IMG/VR virus record: IMGVR_UViG_3300017782_000012
Coordinates: 1-63,707 of that record
Reading direction: 5' to 3' (one strand)
From: a virus
Taxonomy: Duplodnaviria > Caudoviricetes
DNA: 63,707 bases
Part shown: positions 47,606 through 56,856 of the stretch, piece after piece
Layout: each line of letters begins with the position of its first letter
Position numbering within the stretch: position 1 is the first letter of the stretch
Notes under the pieces: generated by a model
What the model saw: the letters and a program-made list of their open reading frames with translations, nothing else
What the model was told of the DNA's origin: nothing
Database searches by the model: none
Made by a program: the position numbers and the translations under genes

Positions 47606-48177
47606 TGGCTATTCTACCTAGAGATGTTCAGCTTGCTTTAGAAAAACAAGCCCCAAAACAATTAAGAAGACCTTTCGAAAAAGAATTTAAAAAGGATTTC
47701 TTAAGAGTTAAAGATCAAATGATCAAAGAATTTCTATCTCACCCAGTGACTATAGAATTATCTATGGGGCCGTCAGGAAGTAATATCAGCAATACTTTGG
47801 GTGGTGTTTCTAATCTTTTCGCATTTATAGGGTTCGATTCTTCAGATGATCCGATTACACCTATTTTAGATATTTTGCAAAATTTAGATTATAATTATGT
47901 AGGAGAGGTCAAAATTGGGGTAAACTATTATATAAACATACCCGAAGCTGCAGACATTTTTAAAATGACTCCAATGCCTTGGGCTACAGGAAGAAGTTGG
48001 GCGCAAGGGATAGAAACGGGGATATCGGGGCTTGGCTACTTACTTAGGAAGAATGATGGACGATCTGGGAAAGCTATCCAATCCAGAAACAAAGTAAGAT
48101 CGGGCAAGTTCCAAAATACCAGTTATATTTCTGCACTAATTAAAAAATACAAAAAAGAATTCAATAATATAAAATGA
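47605..48177 (+). CDS. Putative neck/tail-completion protein
   Basis: Position in the neck block; TAATG coupling. Confidence 0.45.
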   Translation: MAILPRDVQLALEKQAPKQLRRPFEKEFKKDFLRVKDQMIKEFLSHPVTIELSMGPSGSNISNTLGGVSNLFAFIGFDSSDDPITPILDILQNLDYNYVGEVKIGVNYYINIPEAADIFKMTPMPWATGRSWAQGIETGISGLGYLLRKNDGRSGKAIQSRNKVRSGKFQNTSYISALIKKYKKEFNNIK

Positions 48178-49004
48178 AAGAACAATTCATACATACATTG
48201 ACCAATTCATTCATGCTTTGGTTTGATAACTTTTTGTTAAAAAAGGGAGATGCTTATTCCAACCAAACTGGACGGTTTTACCATACTCCAGACGGTTTTC
48301 TCCAGAATTCTTATATTCCTTTCTCTAGCCCATATAAACAATTTGTAAGCGATTCTTCAATTACTGGAGCTACCCTACCTACGGGGATAGCTGGCAATTC
48401 TCATTATATTGATTATGATAATGGGCGCATAGTGGAAACAGGAAGCAATTATACATCAAGCTCAACAATCACAGGCACGTTCGCAGTAAAAGATTTCAAT
48501 ATTTATTTCACTAACGAAACCGAAGATGATCTTATCGTAGAAAAGAAATTTGAGTTAAATTCCAGAATCCCGACATACAACGATTCTGGTATAGACCCTT
48601 ATGATCAGGTAGTTCCAGCTGTTTTCTTATCTACAGCTACAATGAAAAATGACCCTTTATCTTTTGGTGGAGAAGAGCAAACTACCGTTCGGGCTAATGC
48701 TGTAGCCCTCTCAGATGACCCTTACAAATTAGATGGTATCTTATCTATATTTGGGGACTCACACAATGAAGTTTTTTATCCCATTCCAATGAGTGGGCAT
48801 CCTATGGATGAATACGGCGATTTAAAAAATGGCTCGTATTCATATTCAACGCTATCGAATGAGTATAGCGACAAAAAACCTTTTTTAGTAGATAATGTGA
48901 CTACTTCAAAATTAACAGACAAAGCGAGGAAATCCTTAGCTAATGATCTCTATGTCGGATTCATTGATTTTGATATAAAGATACACAGGCATAGATTTTC
49001 TTAA
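48174..49004 (+). CDS. Putative tail terminator protein
   Basis: VPAVFL...FGGEE pattern; immediately before the major tube gene. Confidence 0.45.
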   Translation: MKEQFIHTLTNSFMLWFDNFLLKKGDAYSNQTGRFYHTPDGFLQNSYIPFSSPYKQFVSDSSITGATLPTGIAGNSHYIDYDNGRIVETGSNYTSSSTITGTFAVKDFNIYFTNETEDDLIVEKKFELNSRIPTYNDSGIDPYDQVVPAVFLSTATMKNDPLSFGGEEQTTVRANAVALSDDPYKLDGILSIFGDSHNEVFYPIPMSGHPMDEYGDLKNGSYSYSTLSNEYSDKKPFLVDNVTTSKLTDKARKSLANDLYVGFIDFDIKIHRHRFS

Positions 49005-49031
49005 TTTCACATTATTCAAAAATAAATGTAA
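49004..49031 (+). promoter_or_regulatory. Bipartite element ATTTCACA-N15-TGTAA
   Basis: Same sequence and spacing as 53611-53638 on the minus strand; TGTA lies 22 nt before ATG 49053. Confidence 0.6.
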
Positions 49032-49052
49032 ACAATATAAAATTAACCTATT

Positions 49053-50180
49053 ATGGCCAGAAACAGAGTAATTTACCAATCGGAATCCCTTTACGTTAGT
49101 GAGGGGTTAAGTTCAGCTACCGCTGTAAAACACGAACAATTGACACGAGTTCAAAGTGCAAACTATAGCTTCTCGATCAACAGACAAGATATTAATGAAT
49201 TTGGATCGCTAGCGCGTTTAGATTCCATTATTATGGAGGCTCCAACAGTGAGCTTAGACTTTTCATATTATCTCACTGAGGGTTTCAACGAAAAAGCTTT
49301 AGGGTTTTCGCTTGCTGATAACCTCAACACCCAGTTTCTTGCTGGGCATATGGGGCAGACTTCAGGCAAGAACTTCTTCATCACAACAGCTCCAGAAGGA
49401 CAAGATGCTAATGGTGTGGGAGGAACTACTGCTGGAAACAAGGTGGAAGCTGTCATCGGCTTTGGAAATGCTTTCTTAAGTGATTATTCCGTAGAACTAG
49501 CTGTGGGTAGTCTACCGACAGCTTCAGTATCGCTAGAATGCGCTAACATGCGCTCTGTAGCGGGTTCTGATATTTCTGGTACTGCTGGATTAATATCAGG
49601 TATGGATAACCCAGCTGTAGACATCACTAATGGAGTTGATATCGGCGGGGAAGTTGTTCTACCTGCCCATAGTATTTCTGGAGAAGAGTCTATCTCTGCC
49701 CTACAGCCCGGAGATGTTACAATTAACATCGAAGAATTAGATGGGGTTACATTTACTGATATCTCAGGGGTTGATGATGAAAACGCAATTAACATTCAAA
49801 GCGCTTCATTAAGCATTCCTTTAAGTAGGTCGCCTATTGATCGACTTGGAACTCGTTTCCCTTATTCTCGCAGTGTTGACTTCCCACTTAATGCTACCTT
49901 GAGTGTAAACGGAGTGGTTAGTGATGTCCAAGCTAAAAATCTTAGCAGCATTTTAACCACGAACTCCAAGAAGAATATAACCTTGACCTTGAAAAGTGGA
50001 TCTACTGAAAAGTTGGTATACAGACTTAAAGGATGTCGTGTGGATAGCGAAAGCTTCTCTTCTAGTATTGGCTCTAATAAGAGTGTCGATATTGTATTCT
50101 CTACTCAGGTTGGAGGAACAAACGATACATCCAATGGGGTATTCGTATCAGGAGATAACGGAGACACCTTGTTCGCTTAA
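49053..50180 (+). CDS. Major tail tube protein (putative)
   Basis: MARNRVIYQS start, Ser/Thr/Gly-rich beta protein, own promoter-like element and strong terminator. Confidence 0.7.
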   Translation: MARNRVIYQSESLYVSEGLSSATAVKHEQLTRVQSANYSFSINRQDINEFGSLARLDSIIMEAPTVSLDFSYYLTEGFNEKALGFSLADNLNTQFLAGHMGQTSGKNFFITTAPEGQDANGVGGTTAGNKVEAVIGFGNAFLSDYSVELAVGSLPTASVSLECANMRSVAGSDISGTAGLISGMDNPAVDITNGVDIGGEVVLPAHSISGEESISALQPGDVTINIEELDGVTFTDISGVDDENAINIQSASLSIPLSRSPIDRLGTRFPYSRSVDFPLNATLSVNGVVSDVQAKNLSSILTTNSKKNITLTLKSGSTEKLVYRLKGCRVDSESFSSSIGSNKSVDIVFSTQVGGTNDTSNGVFVSGDNGDTLFA

Positions 50181-50202
50181 AGAAAACAAAACCTTAAAAA
50201 CT

Positions 50203-50234
50203 AAAAGGGCGGTATCACTACCGCCCTTTTTTTT
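50203..50234. terminator. Bidirectional intrinsic terminator between convergent genes
   Basis: AAAAGGGCGGTA-TCAC-TACCGCCCTTTTTTTT. Confidence 0.9.
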
Positions 50235-50255
50235 ATGTATATTAAGTATTAGTTA

Positions 50256-50717
50256 CTAACTTTCTCCAGTGAGGATAACAGCATCTATCCCTCCAACCTG
50301 TTGAGGTGCAGCTTCATATATATTATATTTAGCCACTAATCCGTCTAGATTAGCCTTAGAATCGTTTGCTAGCCCTCTATAGACCTTAGCCACCTCATTA
50401 CGGTTAACGAACGTCACAGACGATTCTCCGTCCTTTAAAGATAATATCTTATCGTCGTTAGCCGCCGAAGCGATTCCTCTAAGCGCGTTTCGCGTTTGTT
50501 TATTATAGTAATTATGCAAATAAAGCTCTTTGTGAATAGATTGAGCCTCAATATCAAGAGCTGCCCCAGCTCCACTAAAATCCTGATAAATTAAATTATT
50601 TAATTCTCCCAAATTATTCTCAAGCCAAGCTTGTATAGAGGCTGATGTATTTACATTAGAATCACTATCGAATTCATCCGAAAATATTTCTGCAGCTAGG
50701 TCACTGATAACACTCAT
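50256..50717 (-). CDS. Putative head-tail adaptor protein
   Basis: Helical N-terminus with a SLKDGESSVTF beta hairpin; downstream of the capsid gene. Confidence 0.5.
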   Translation of the reverse strand: MSVISDLAAEIFSDEFDSDSNVNTSASIQAWLENNLGELNNLIYQDFSGAGAALDIEAQSIHKELYLHNYYNKQTRNALRGIASAANDDKILSLKDGESSVTFVNRNEVAKVYRGLANDSKANLDGLVAKYNIYEAAPQQVGGIDAVILTGES

Positions 50718-50726
50718 GCTTTATAT

Positions 50727-50732
50727 TACACT
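50727..50732 (-). promoter_or_regulatory. AGTGTA motif
   Basis: 9 nt before ATG 50717. Confidence 0.7.
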
Positions 50733-50739
50733 ATTTATT

Positions 50740-51072
50740 TTACTTTTCTCCCCACTTCTTTTTTTCTTTTTCGTCTTGAGAAATTTTACTGACAGATTGG
50801 ATCATATCTTTAATTTCTTCAGAAGCTTCAGAAAACATAGGGGTCGGGGCTGGAATAGGAGAATTCCTAGATTTATACTCTCGGAAAGATTTTTTTATAA
50901 CCTCTCTCATCAGCGCTCGTGAGTGTGTAGGGTTTAAACCTAGCTTAGAAGCTAAACCTCTAAGCTCTGACCTCCCATAAGTTTTCAGTTTGGCGTCTAA
51001 TTCCTCCATAGTTTCAGCGCCAAAATAATTATTCTCGCCGTTACCATATGATACGTTTTCAAAATTGTCCAT
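50740..51072 (-). CDS. Hypothetical protein (Rho-N/SAP-like helix pair)
   Basis: LKTYGRSELRGLASKLGL; AGTGTA upstream. Confidence 0.65.
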   Translation of the reverse strand: MDNFENVSYGNGENNYFGAETMEELDAKLKTYGRSELRGLASKLGLNPTHSRALMREVIKKSFREYKSRNSPIPAPTPMFSEASEEIKDMIQSVSKISQDEKEKKKWGEK

Positions 51073-51081
51073 ACAGTATTA

Positions 51082-51087
51082 TACACT
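51082..51087 (-). promoter_or_regulatory. AGTGTA motif
   Basis: 9 nt before ATG 51072. Confidence 0.7.
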
Positions 51088-51105
51088 TAATGAGGATAAA
51101 TAAAC

Positions 51106-51139
51106 AAAAAAAAGAGAGCCGCCCCGGAGGACGACTCTC
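51106..51139 (-). terminator. Intrinsic terminator after the major capsid gene
   Basis: Minus strand GAGAGTCGTCC-TCCG-GGGCGGCTCTC-T8. Confidence 0.85.
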
Positions 51140-51157
51140 AAATCAAGTTTTGCTATA

Positions 51158-52264
51158 TTAAGCAGCGTTGATGATAGTAGCGGTTAATGCACGATTATCA
51201 AGAACCATGCGACCCTCTTCGATAGAGCCAAAGTAACCGATCTTCTGTTGGCGAATGCTATACTGATCGTCAGCGATCAGGTTGAATTCTCCACCAGAAT
51301 CTTCGTCAACTGCTACAGCGCGAATCAGAGACTCACGAGAGCGATCCAAACCAATAACGAGGTCATCAGCGGTAGTACTGAAAGTAACACCGTCATGAGT
51401 ACCAGAGAAAAGTTTAGTGAAACGCTTACCAGCACCAAGCTCAAGGATCTCAACGATGGAGATACCGTAGAACTCAGGGAGACCTGCGCTGTTGTAAATG
51501 CTCATACGCATTTCGTCAGGAGCGGTGTGTCCATCTTTAACAGCAGAAGCGATAGGCGCTGCACTGGTATTGATTGGATTGTAAGCCATTGCGCGAAGCT
51601 TCTCAACAGTTTCAGGAGAAACAATGAGATCAGTAATGCCACGACCTTGTCCAGAGGCAGGAGTACCGCCAAGGAAAGAAGTGTTGATACGCTTAGCAAG
51701 AGTCATCATTTTGTTGATGTCGTCGAGAACGAAGCTGTTAGTGCTGCTGTTAGCACGAACGTGTCCAGTTCCAGCGGTAGAAGCATCAGCAAGAGATCCC
51801 ATTACCAATGTAGCGGAAGTAGTTTCCTGCTTAGCAAGAATTTCTTGAGCTGCACGGGAGAAGGTCTTAGAGACAACATCCATGCGGGACTTAGCGGCGT
51901 AACGACGATCAAAGCTGACTGCGGTATCCAAGCTGTAAGTGGCAACCTTCATCTCTGATGCAGTAGGAAGCACTTGGTTAGTTGGAAGTCCACCAGCGTG
52001 AGACTGACTGTAAACCTTCACGTAATCTTCGTCATTGATGTCATAATAGAGATCAAGAGGGATCGAAGGATTGTCGTCAGCGTTAAACTGAAGAGTAGTG
52101 AAGAGATTCGAAATAGTAGGAGCGTTATTGATAACCTCTGCAAGCACAGGTCCAATAAACTCAGCGAGAGCTACTTGAGCTTCGTAAGCGACAGTGCGAT
52201 TACGAGAAGCCATAGCTTTCACAAGCTCGATTTGTTCTGGAGTTCTTTTTAAAGTGATTTTCAT
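51158..52264 (-). CDS. Major capsid protein (HK97 fold, putative)
   Basis: 368 aa after the scaffold and decoration genes; DLIVSPE, KIGYFG..EEG..VLD.RA C-terminus; followed by a terminator. Confidence 0.8.
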   Translation of the reverse strand: MKITLKRTPEQIELVKAMASRNRTVAYEAQVALAEFIGPVLAEVINNAPTISNLFTTLQFNADDNPSIPLDLYYDINDEDYVKVYSQSHAGGLPTNQVLPTASEMKVATYSLDTAVSFDRRYAAKSRMDVVSKTFSRAAQEILAKQETTSATLVMGSLADASTAGTGHVRANSSTNSFVLDDINKMMTLAKRINTSFLGGTPASGQGRGITDLIVSPETVEKLRAMAYNPINTSAAPIASAVKDGHTAPDEMRMSIYNSAGLPEFYGISIVEILELGAGKRFTKLFSGTHDGVTFSTTADDLVIGLDRSRESLIRAVAVDEDSGGEFNLIADDQYSIRQQKIGYFGSIEEGRMVLDNRALTATIINAA

Positions 52265-52283
52265 TTATGTGATTCTTTCTATA

Positions 52284-52904
52284 TTAGTTGAATTTGAAGA
52301 CAAGATACTCACCACCGAACTGATCAGCGACACCGTTTTGAGTGGCGCGGCTTCCTGTTCCAATAATCGTTCCGAAACATGCTACATCAGTTGGAAGGCA
52401 TCCAGTAACAGTTCCACCAGCAGCAGATTTGATACCGCTACCAATAGCGATATCGCCACCAAGATCACCTTGGAAAGCAGCACTAGCTAAAGTAAAGATG
52501 CCTTTAGTAGCGACAGGGACAGCTTCTCCGGGGAGAGCAGACTGAAGCTCAGCAGCTTTTTGAGGATTGTAGAGAAGTTTCTCTCCGTTTTCGTCATTTT
52601 TAGCGGTTTGGAGAAGGGTGATTCCAAGAGGAATATCTCCAGAAGCAGCAGGTTCAACCTGCAGACTTACTTTAGGGTATTGATTACGCCCAACATGAGG
52701 GTAATCAGTTTTACCTAAATAGCTGTCTGTAGCATAAGCGACAGGATCAGCAGAGAAGTCACCAGCAGAAACCTTCACGAAAGTTCCAGCATCGCCAGAA
52801 CCCGCAACGGTTGTGTTATCGAGTACCATTCCATCGGCAACACGATAGAGATTGACGACATCTTGGTCGTCATATTGTCTAAAAGGAAGAATTTTGAGTC
52901 CCAT
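52284..52904 (-). CDS. Capsid decoration/cement protein (putative)
   Basis: Gly/Ala-rich 206-aa protein between scaffold and MCP; GEAVPVATKGIF. Confidence 0.6.
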   Translation of the reverse strand: MGLKILPFRQYDDQDVVNLYRVADGMVLDNTTVAGSGDAGTFVKVSAGDFSADPVAYATDSYLGKTDYPHVGRNQYPKVSLQVEPAASGDIPLGITLLQTAKNDENGEKLLYNPQKAAELQSALPGEAVPVATKGIFTLASAAFQGDLGGDIAIGSGIKSAAGGTVTGCLPTDVACFGTIIGTGSRATQNGVADQFGGEYLVFKFN

Positions 52905-52924
52905 AGTATTATATTTTGTTTAAG

Positions 52925-54406
52925 TTAAGATATTTCGATGTTCTCACGAGAGAACGCTTTTTTAAATTTATCAACGAGGTTTTCTTCTTTCGAAGCGATA
53001 GCCTCATTATTGTTAGAAAGGTCGGCATCGACCTGCTTAGCATTGTCAAGAGCTTCTTCAACATCAACTTCTTCCGAAGCTTTAGCGACCCTCTTGGCAA
53101 CCTCTTCATCAATACGAGCTTGGATTTCAGCTTCAAAAGCTTCTTTATTTTCCTTACTCTTATGCTTCCAGAGGACTTCAAGCTTGTCAGAGAAAGAAGC
53201 GAACGCTTCCTCGGTCTCTTCGATAGACTTGACCTCTTTCGCAAGAAATTCACGATCTTCATCAGCGAGTTCAAACTTAGAGTCAAGTTCGTCCATGCGA
53301 GTATTGAAACGAGCTACAGCTTCTTCAGCTTTTTTCTCGTTTTCAAAAACGTTGATTCGATCATTAGATTCTGCCAGTTTGCTTTCAAGCTCAGCGACAG
53401 AAGCTTTAAGATCTTCGTATTCTTTCTTGGCTGCTTCTTGCTCGCTCAGAAGAGCTTCTTTTTCTTTCAAAAACTCTTCGTTCTTTTGACGAATCGCTTC
53501 AGAAAAAGACTGAGTCATAGAAGCTACAGCCTCTTCACCGATTTTTTTCTCGACGAGAAGCTCCTTTAGTTCATTAACAATGTTTTCCATAGCTATATTC
53601 TTTTCTTTTGTTACAGTTTTTTTAATTTTTTGTGAAATTTTATCTTCGCTATCATCTTTGATAGATTCGGCGTTTTCCTCTTGATCTTTATATATACCTT
53701 TTACATCAGCAGCGGGATTAGAAGTGAAACCAATACCCAAAGGATATATCTTTCCGGTGATTAATCGGTATACAGGTTCACCTTTTTCAGTCTTCCCAGA
53801 CCCTCCATATGCTTTTAGGCATCCATTCAATTTTTTAATTTCTCTTGGATCTTCAACTCTGGTAGCTTCACTCAGCTTTTCACTTCCGACAGCTAACACA
53901 TAACTGGAGAATCCAACTTCCCAGCTCGCAGATATTTTTTTGTAGTATGATTTATCTTCAGGATCAGTAGATTTTTCTATAAGTTCCGCAAAAGATTTGT
54001 TAGCCGAACGATAAACAACAGCTCCTAAAGCTATATTAAAAGGATCTTTTTTATTTTCTATTTTATCATTAGATAATATTTTATTAGATCCATACTCGCT
54101 AAACCCAGCAGTCACAATATGCCCGACAATCTTATCTTTATTATGCTCTATGTTGGTAGGCTTATGAATAAATTGATCGTTATACTTTAAGGCTGTGCTG
54201 GAATCAATACCGTCACCATTCCTATTAAAAACATTAACAACCGCAGCGTTAAAAGAAACGCCTAGTAAATCAACATTCTTTTCAAAGTCTATGTCTTTTG
54301 GGACAAGAGAAGAGAGTTCGCTTAACGAAGCCTCAGAGATAAACTCATCATTAATTTGATGAGCGAAGATTTCAGATTCAAAAGAGGTTGTATACTTATA
54401 AGGCAT
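52925..54406 (-). CDS. Prohead protease-scaffold fusion
   Basis: N-terminal NRNGD, NIEH...IVGH, SASWE..F, GFTSNPAA; C-terminal acidic coiled coil; start at ATG 54406 with AGGA SD. Confidence 0.75.
   Translation of the reverse strand: MPYKYTTSFESEIFAHQINDEFISEASLSELSSLVPKDIDFEKNVDLLGVSFNAAVVNVFNRNGDGIDSSTALKYNDQFIHKPTNIEHNKDKIVGHIVTAGFSEYGSNKILSNDKIENKKDPFNIALGAVVYRSANKSFAELIEKSTDPEDKSYYKKISASWEVGFSSYVLAVGSEKLSEATRVEDPREIKKLNGCLKAYGGSGKTEKGEPVYRLITGKIYPLGIGFTSNPAADVKGIYKDQEENAESIKDDSEDKISQKIKKTVTKEKNIAMENIVNELKELLVEKKIGEEAVASMTQSFSEAIRQKNEEFLKEKEALLSEQEAAKKEYEDLKASVAELESKLAESNDRINVFENEKKAEEAVARFNTRMDELDSKFELADEDREFLAKEVKSIEETEEAFASFSDKLEVLWKHKSKENKEAFEAEIQARIDEEVAKRVAKASEEVDVEEALDNAKQVDADLSNNNEAIASKEENLVDKFKKAFSRENIEIS
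53611..53638 (-). promoter_or_regulatory. Internal bipartite element ATTTCACA-N15-TGTAA before in-frame ATG 53590 (scaffold start)
   Basis: Matches 49004-49031; TGTA lies 21 nt before MENIVNELKELL. Confidence 0.55.
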
Positions 54407-54407
54407 T

Positions 54408-54845
54408 TTATCCTTTCTTGACATCAATTTTTTCACCCTTTGGATCAGACTCTTTTGCATCATCTTTTGATAAGAGCTTTTTAATAGCCGCTTCAGACTC
54501 TTCTTTACTGAGTTTGCCATCTTTTTTCATTTTTTCTAAAATAGCTTTCTGAATGGCGGGTGGGAGTTTTTTCTGTTTATCAGTTAACTCTCCTTTGCCT
54601 TCTTCCGTCATCATAGCTCGCATATTGTCATATTTAACGGCGCAAGCAGCGTAAGTAGCGTTTGAATCCATACCTGCGGTATCGGTTAGGGCTTTATCGT
54701 CTGATGCACAGACGCTCATATAAGATTTGTATAAACCTGCTTCTGAGCCTTTATACTTACTAGCGATTGAGACTTCAGCTTCCCCATTTTTAAAACTAAC
54801 AGTTTTTTCTAGGGGTACTTCAATTTGTTCTGGATCAATTTTCAT
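54408..54845 (-). CDS. Hypothetical head-module protein
   Basis: Between portal and protease; LTDKQKKLPPAIQKAIL motif. Confidence 0.7.
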   Translation of the reverse strand: MKIDPEQIEVPLEKTVSFKNGEAEVSIASKYKGSEAGLYKSYMSVCASDDKALTDTAGMDSNATYAACAVKYDNMRAMMTEEGKGELTDKQKKLPPAIQKAILEKMKKDGKLSKEESEAAIKKLLSKDDAKESDPKGEKIDVKKG

Positions 54846-56811
54846 GACTGTGGTATAATATTGCTGATGGATAAACTTCTAGGTTATGCTTATTAGCTAC
54901 ACTTAAAACTTCATTCATTACATTTAATTCTTCGATAAGTTCGAAATTTTCTATACAAGCTTCTAAGGTTTGATTCCAATTTTGCTTGTCTGTAGAGCAT
55001 ATAATCGACTCGCAAAGTTTCGCGACCATCTCTTCTTGTTGCTCATTTAAAGTTTCTCCAAATTTTTCTTTAGCGCTGTCTGTGGCTAAAGAATTAAAAG
55101 CTTCTATAGAGTAAATAGTATTCTGGATATCGCTTCTGGAATATTCAGCATTAGACACCTTATCTTTCTCTACTGTTGTAGTGCCATGAGGTCTACCTGC
55201 AGCTTCAGGGGTTTGAGACTTTTCAGAGATTTCGTCTTCTATCATTGGAACACCTCCAACGATAGGGTTATAGAAGCCTTCTTTACGCTGTTCGATAAAC
55301 CTGCTTTGTGCAGGAGCTATATCTTCGGCATTTGGGAACTGACCATTGTGGAACATCTGCATACCCTGTTGAGGCGTAAGAATTCCAAGCTCCATAAGGC
55401 GAGTAGATACACGCATAAGCTGCGTTTCATCTCTCATATCAATATCCTTCATGGTTGCGGTCGGATATGATTTGAAACCTAAACTATTAGCAATTCTTTT
55501 TATTTCTCTTTGTAGGAAATCATTTAAGAAACAACTCCTAGCCTCTTTGAGTCGGTCGATGAATATTTGAGCTTTGACTTGAGTAGAATTATATTTTTCA
55601 TCCCCAACAACAATATTCTGAAGACCTTGCTTGATATCCTCATTGAGTATTTGATATTTAGCTGGCCCTAGAACTTTATTAAGGTCTGGGATAACAAAAT
55701 CAGCTTTTGTCGTATGGTCAGAAACTAAGACTCGGCCAACACTCTCATTTTTAAATAAATGTTGCATGGCGTTGATGTTATTAGCATTAACGCCTCCTTT
55801 ATCAGGTTCAGCACCCATAGTGATAAGAAGTATAACATTCTCCACGGTGCGAGTAATTGCTTGGTCCATCTTCTTAAGCTCAAGCTTAGCGTTGATGTCT
55901 TCTAGGACTGGATAACCAAATGGTATAGCAAATGGCTCATAATCTTGTTTCTTGTAGAATGAAAAGCTCAGACGCTTAGGATCTAACTCAACTTTAATAC
56001 CATCCGTATAATAAGAGCCATCTTTCACAAGCTTCTTCATTTCAGGATCTAAAGCATCATAAACCAATTGATCTTCCTCTGTAGAGGGGTTTTGCAGCCT
56101 AGATAACTCATATTCAGAAAGCACCTTTTCATATGCCCCGACATTGAATGTTGTAGCCCTTTTAGATACGATATCGAAAGGGTTAAGGACAACATACTTT
56201 ACTGGTATTTTGTTTGCTGTCGGGTTGATAGCTCCAACCTGATTCATTAACCGGGCGTAATCTTCAGCTTCGAACTCTCCGTCGAACCTATAGAGAAAGA
56301 TGTTACCGCTCCGGTAGTACTCTCGAAAATACTGATCTTTTAAATTTTGTAAGTTTATCCGCTTGAAAAACTGCTGGAAGAACTCCCTGCTTTTTTTAGA
56401 GCCACCCTCTAGGTAAATCTCTGTGTTCGCGAACTCAGACATAACATCTATCGCATTTCTGAACACCGCGACATTAGCATAAGCTTTTTGACAAAGTTCA
56501 ATACCTTCCCGGACATTCACTCCATCTCCGGCATACTCATAAGGTAGCAACCCTTTACGGATACTAGAAAACCTATCTATAGTTGTCCTCATAGCTGAAG
56601 AGTTAACTCTAGCGGAATTAGTAGTCCCCGCCCTGTTAGTCCTAGCTTTAGACACTTTTTTATAGGAAGCGTCAGAGGTGTAAAAAGATTCACCTAATAG
56701 CTCTGGAGTGTAAGACTCTTCAGTATTTCGGGCTTGAGATAATTGCTGCAAACTATCGTTGCTTTGGAATTTTTTCCAGTAATCAGATTTTTTTGTATAC
56801 TTCCTAGCCAT
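54835..56811 (-). CDS. Portal protein
   Basis: 658 aa directly after TerL; FRNAIDVMSEF, EYYRSGNIF, KKQDYEPFAIP. Confidence 0.78.
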   Translation of the reverse strand: MARKYTKKSDYWKKFQSNDSLQQLSQARNTEESYTPELLGESFYTSDASYKKVSKARTNRAGTTNSARVNSSAMRTTIDRFSSIRKGLLPYEYAGDGVNVREGIELCQKAYANVAVFRNAIDVMSEFANTEIYLEGGSKKSREFFQQFFKRINLQNLKDQYFREYYRSGNIFLYRFDGEFEAEDYARLMNQVGAINPTANKIPVKYVVLNPFDIVSKRATTFNVGAYEKVLSEYELSRLQNPSTEEDQLVYDALDPEMKKLVKDGSYYTDGIKVELDPKRLSFSFYKKQDYEPFAIPFGYPVLEDINAKLELKKMDQAITRTVENVILLITMGAEPDKGGVNANNINAMQHLFKNESVGRVLVSDHTTKADFVIPDLNKVLGPAKYQILNEDIKQGLQNIVVGDEKYNSTQVKAQIFIDRLKEARSCFLNDFLQREIKRIANSLGFKSYPTATMKDIDMRDETQLMRVSTRLMELGILTPQQGMQMFHNGQFPNAEDIAPAQSRFIEQRKEGFYNPIVGGVPMIEDEISEKSQTPEAAGRPHGTTTVEKDKVSNAEYSRSDIQNTIYSIEAFNSLATDSAKEKFGETLNEQQEEMVAKLCESIICSTDKQNWNQTLEACIENFELIEELNVMNEVLSVANKHNLEVYPSAILYHSHEN

Positions 56812-56824
56812 TGTATAATTATAT

Positions 56825-56830
56825 TACACC
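56825..56830 (-). promoter_or_regulatory. GTGTA motif
   Basis: GGTGTA, 13 nt before ATG 56811. Confidence 0.55.
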
Positions 56831-56856
56831 AAAAGTAACTTTCTAACTTTTAAAAG

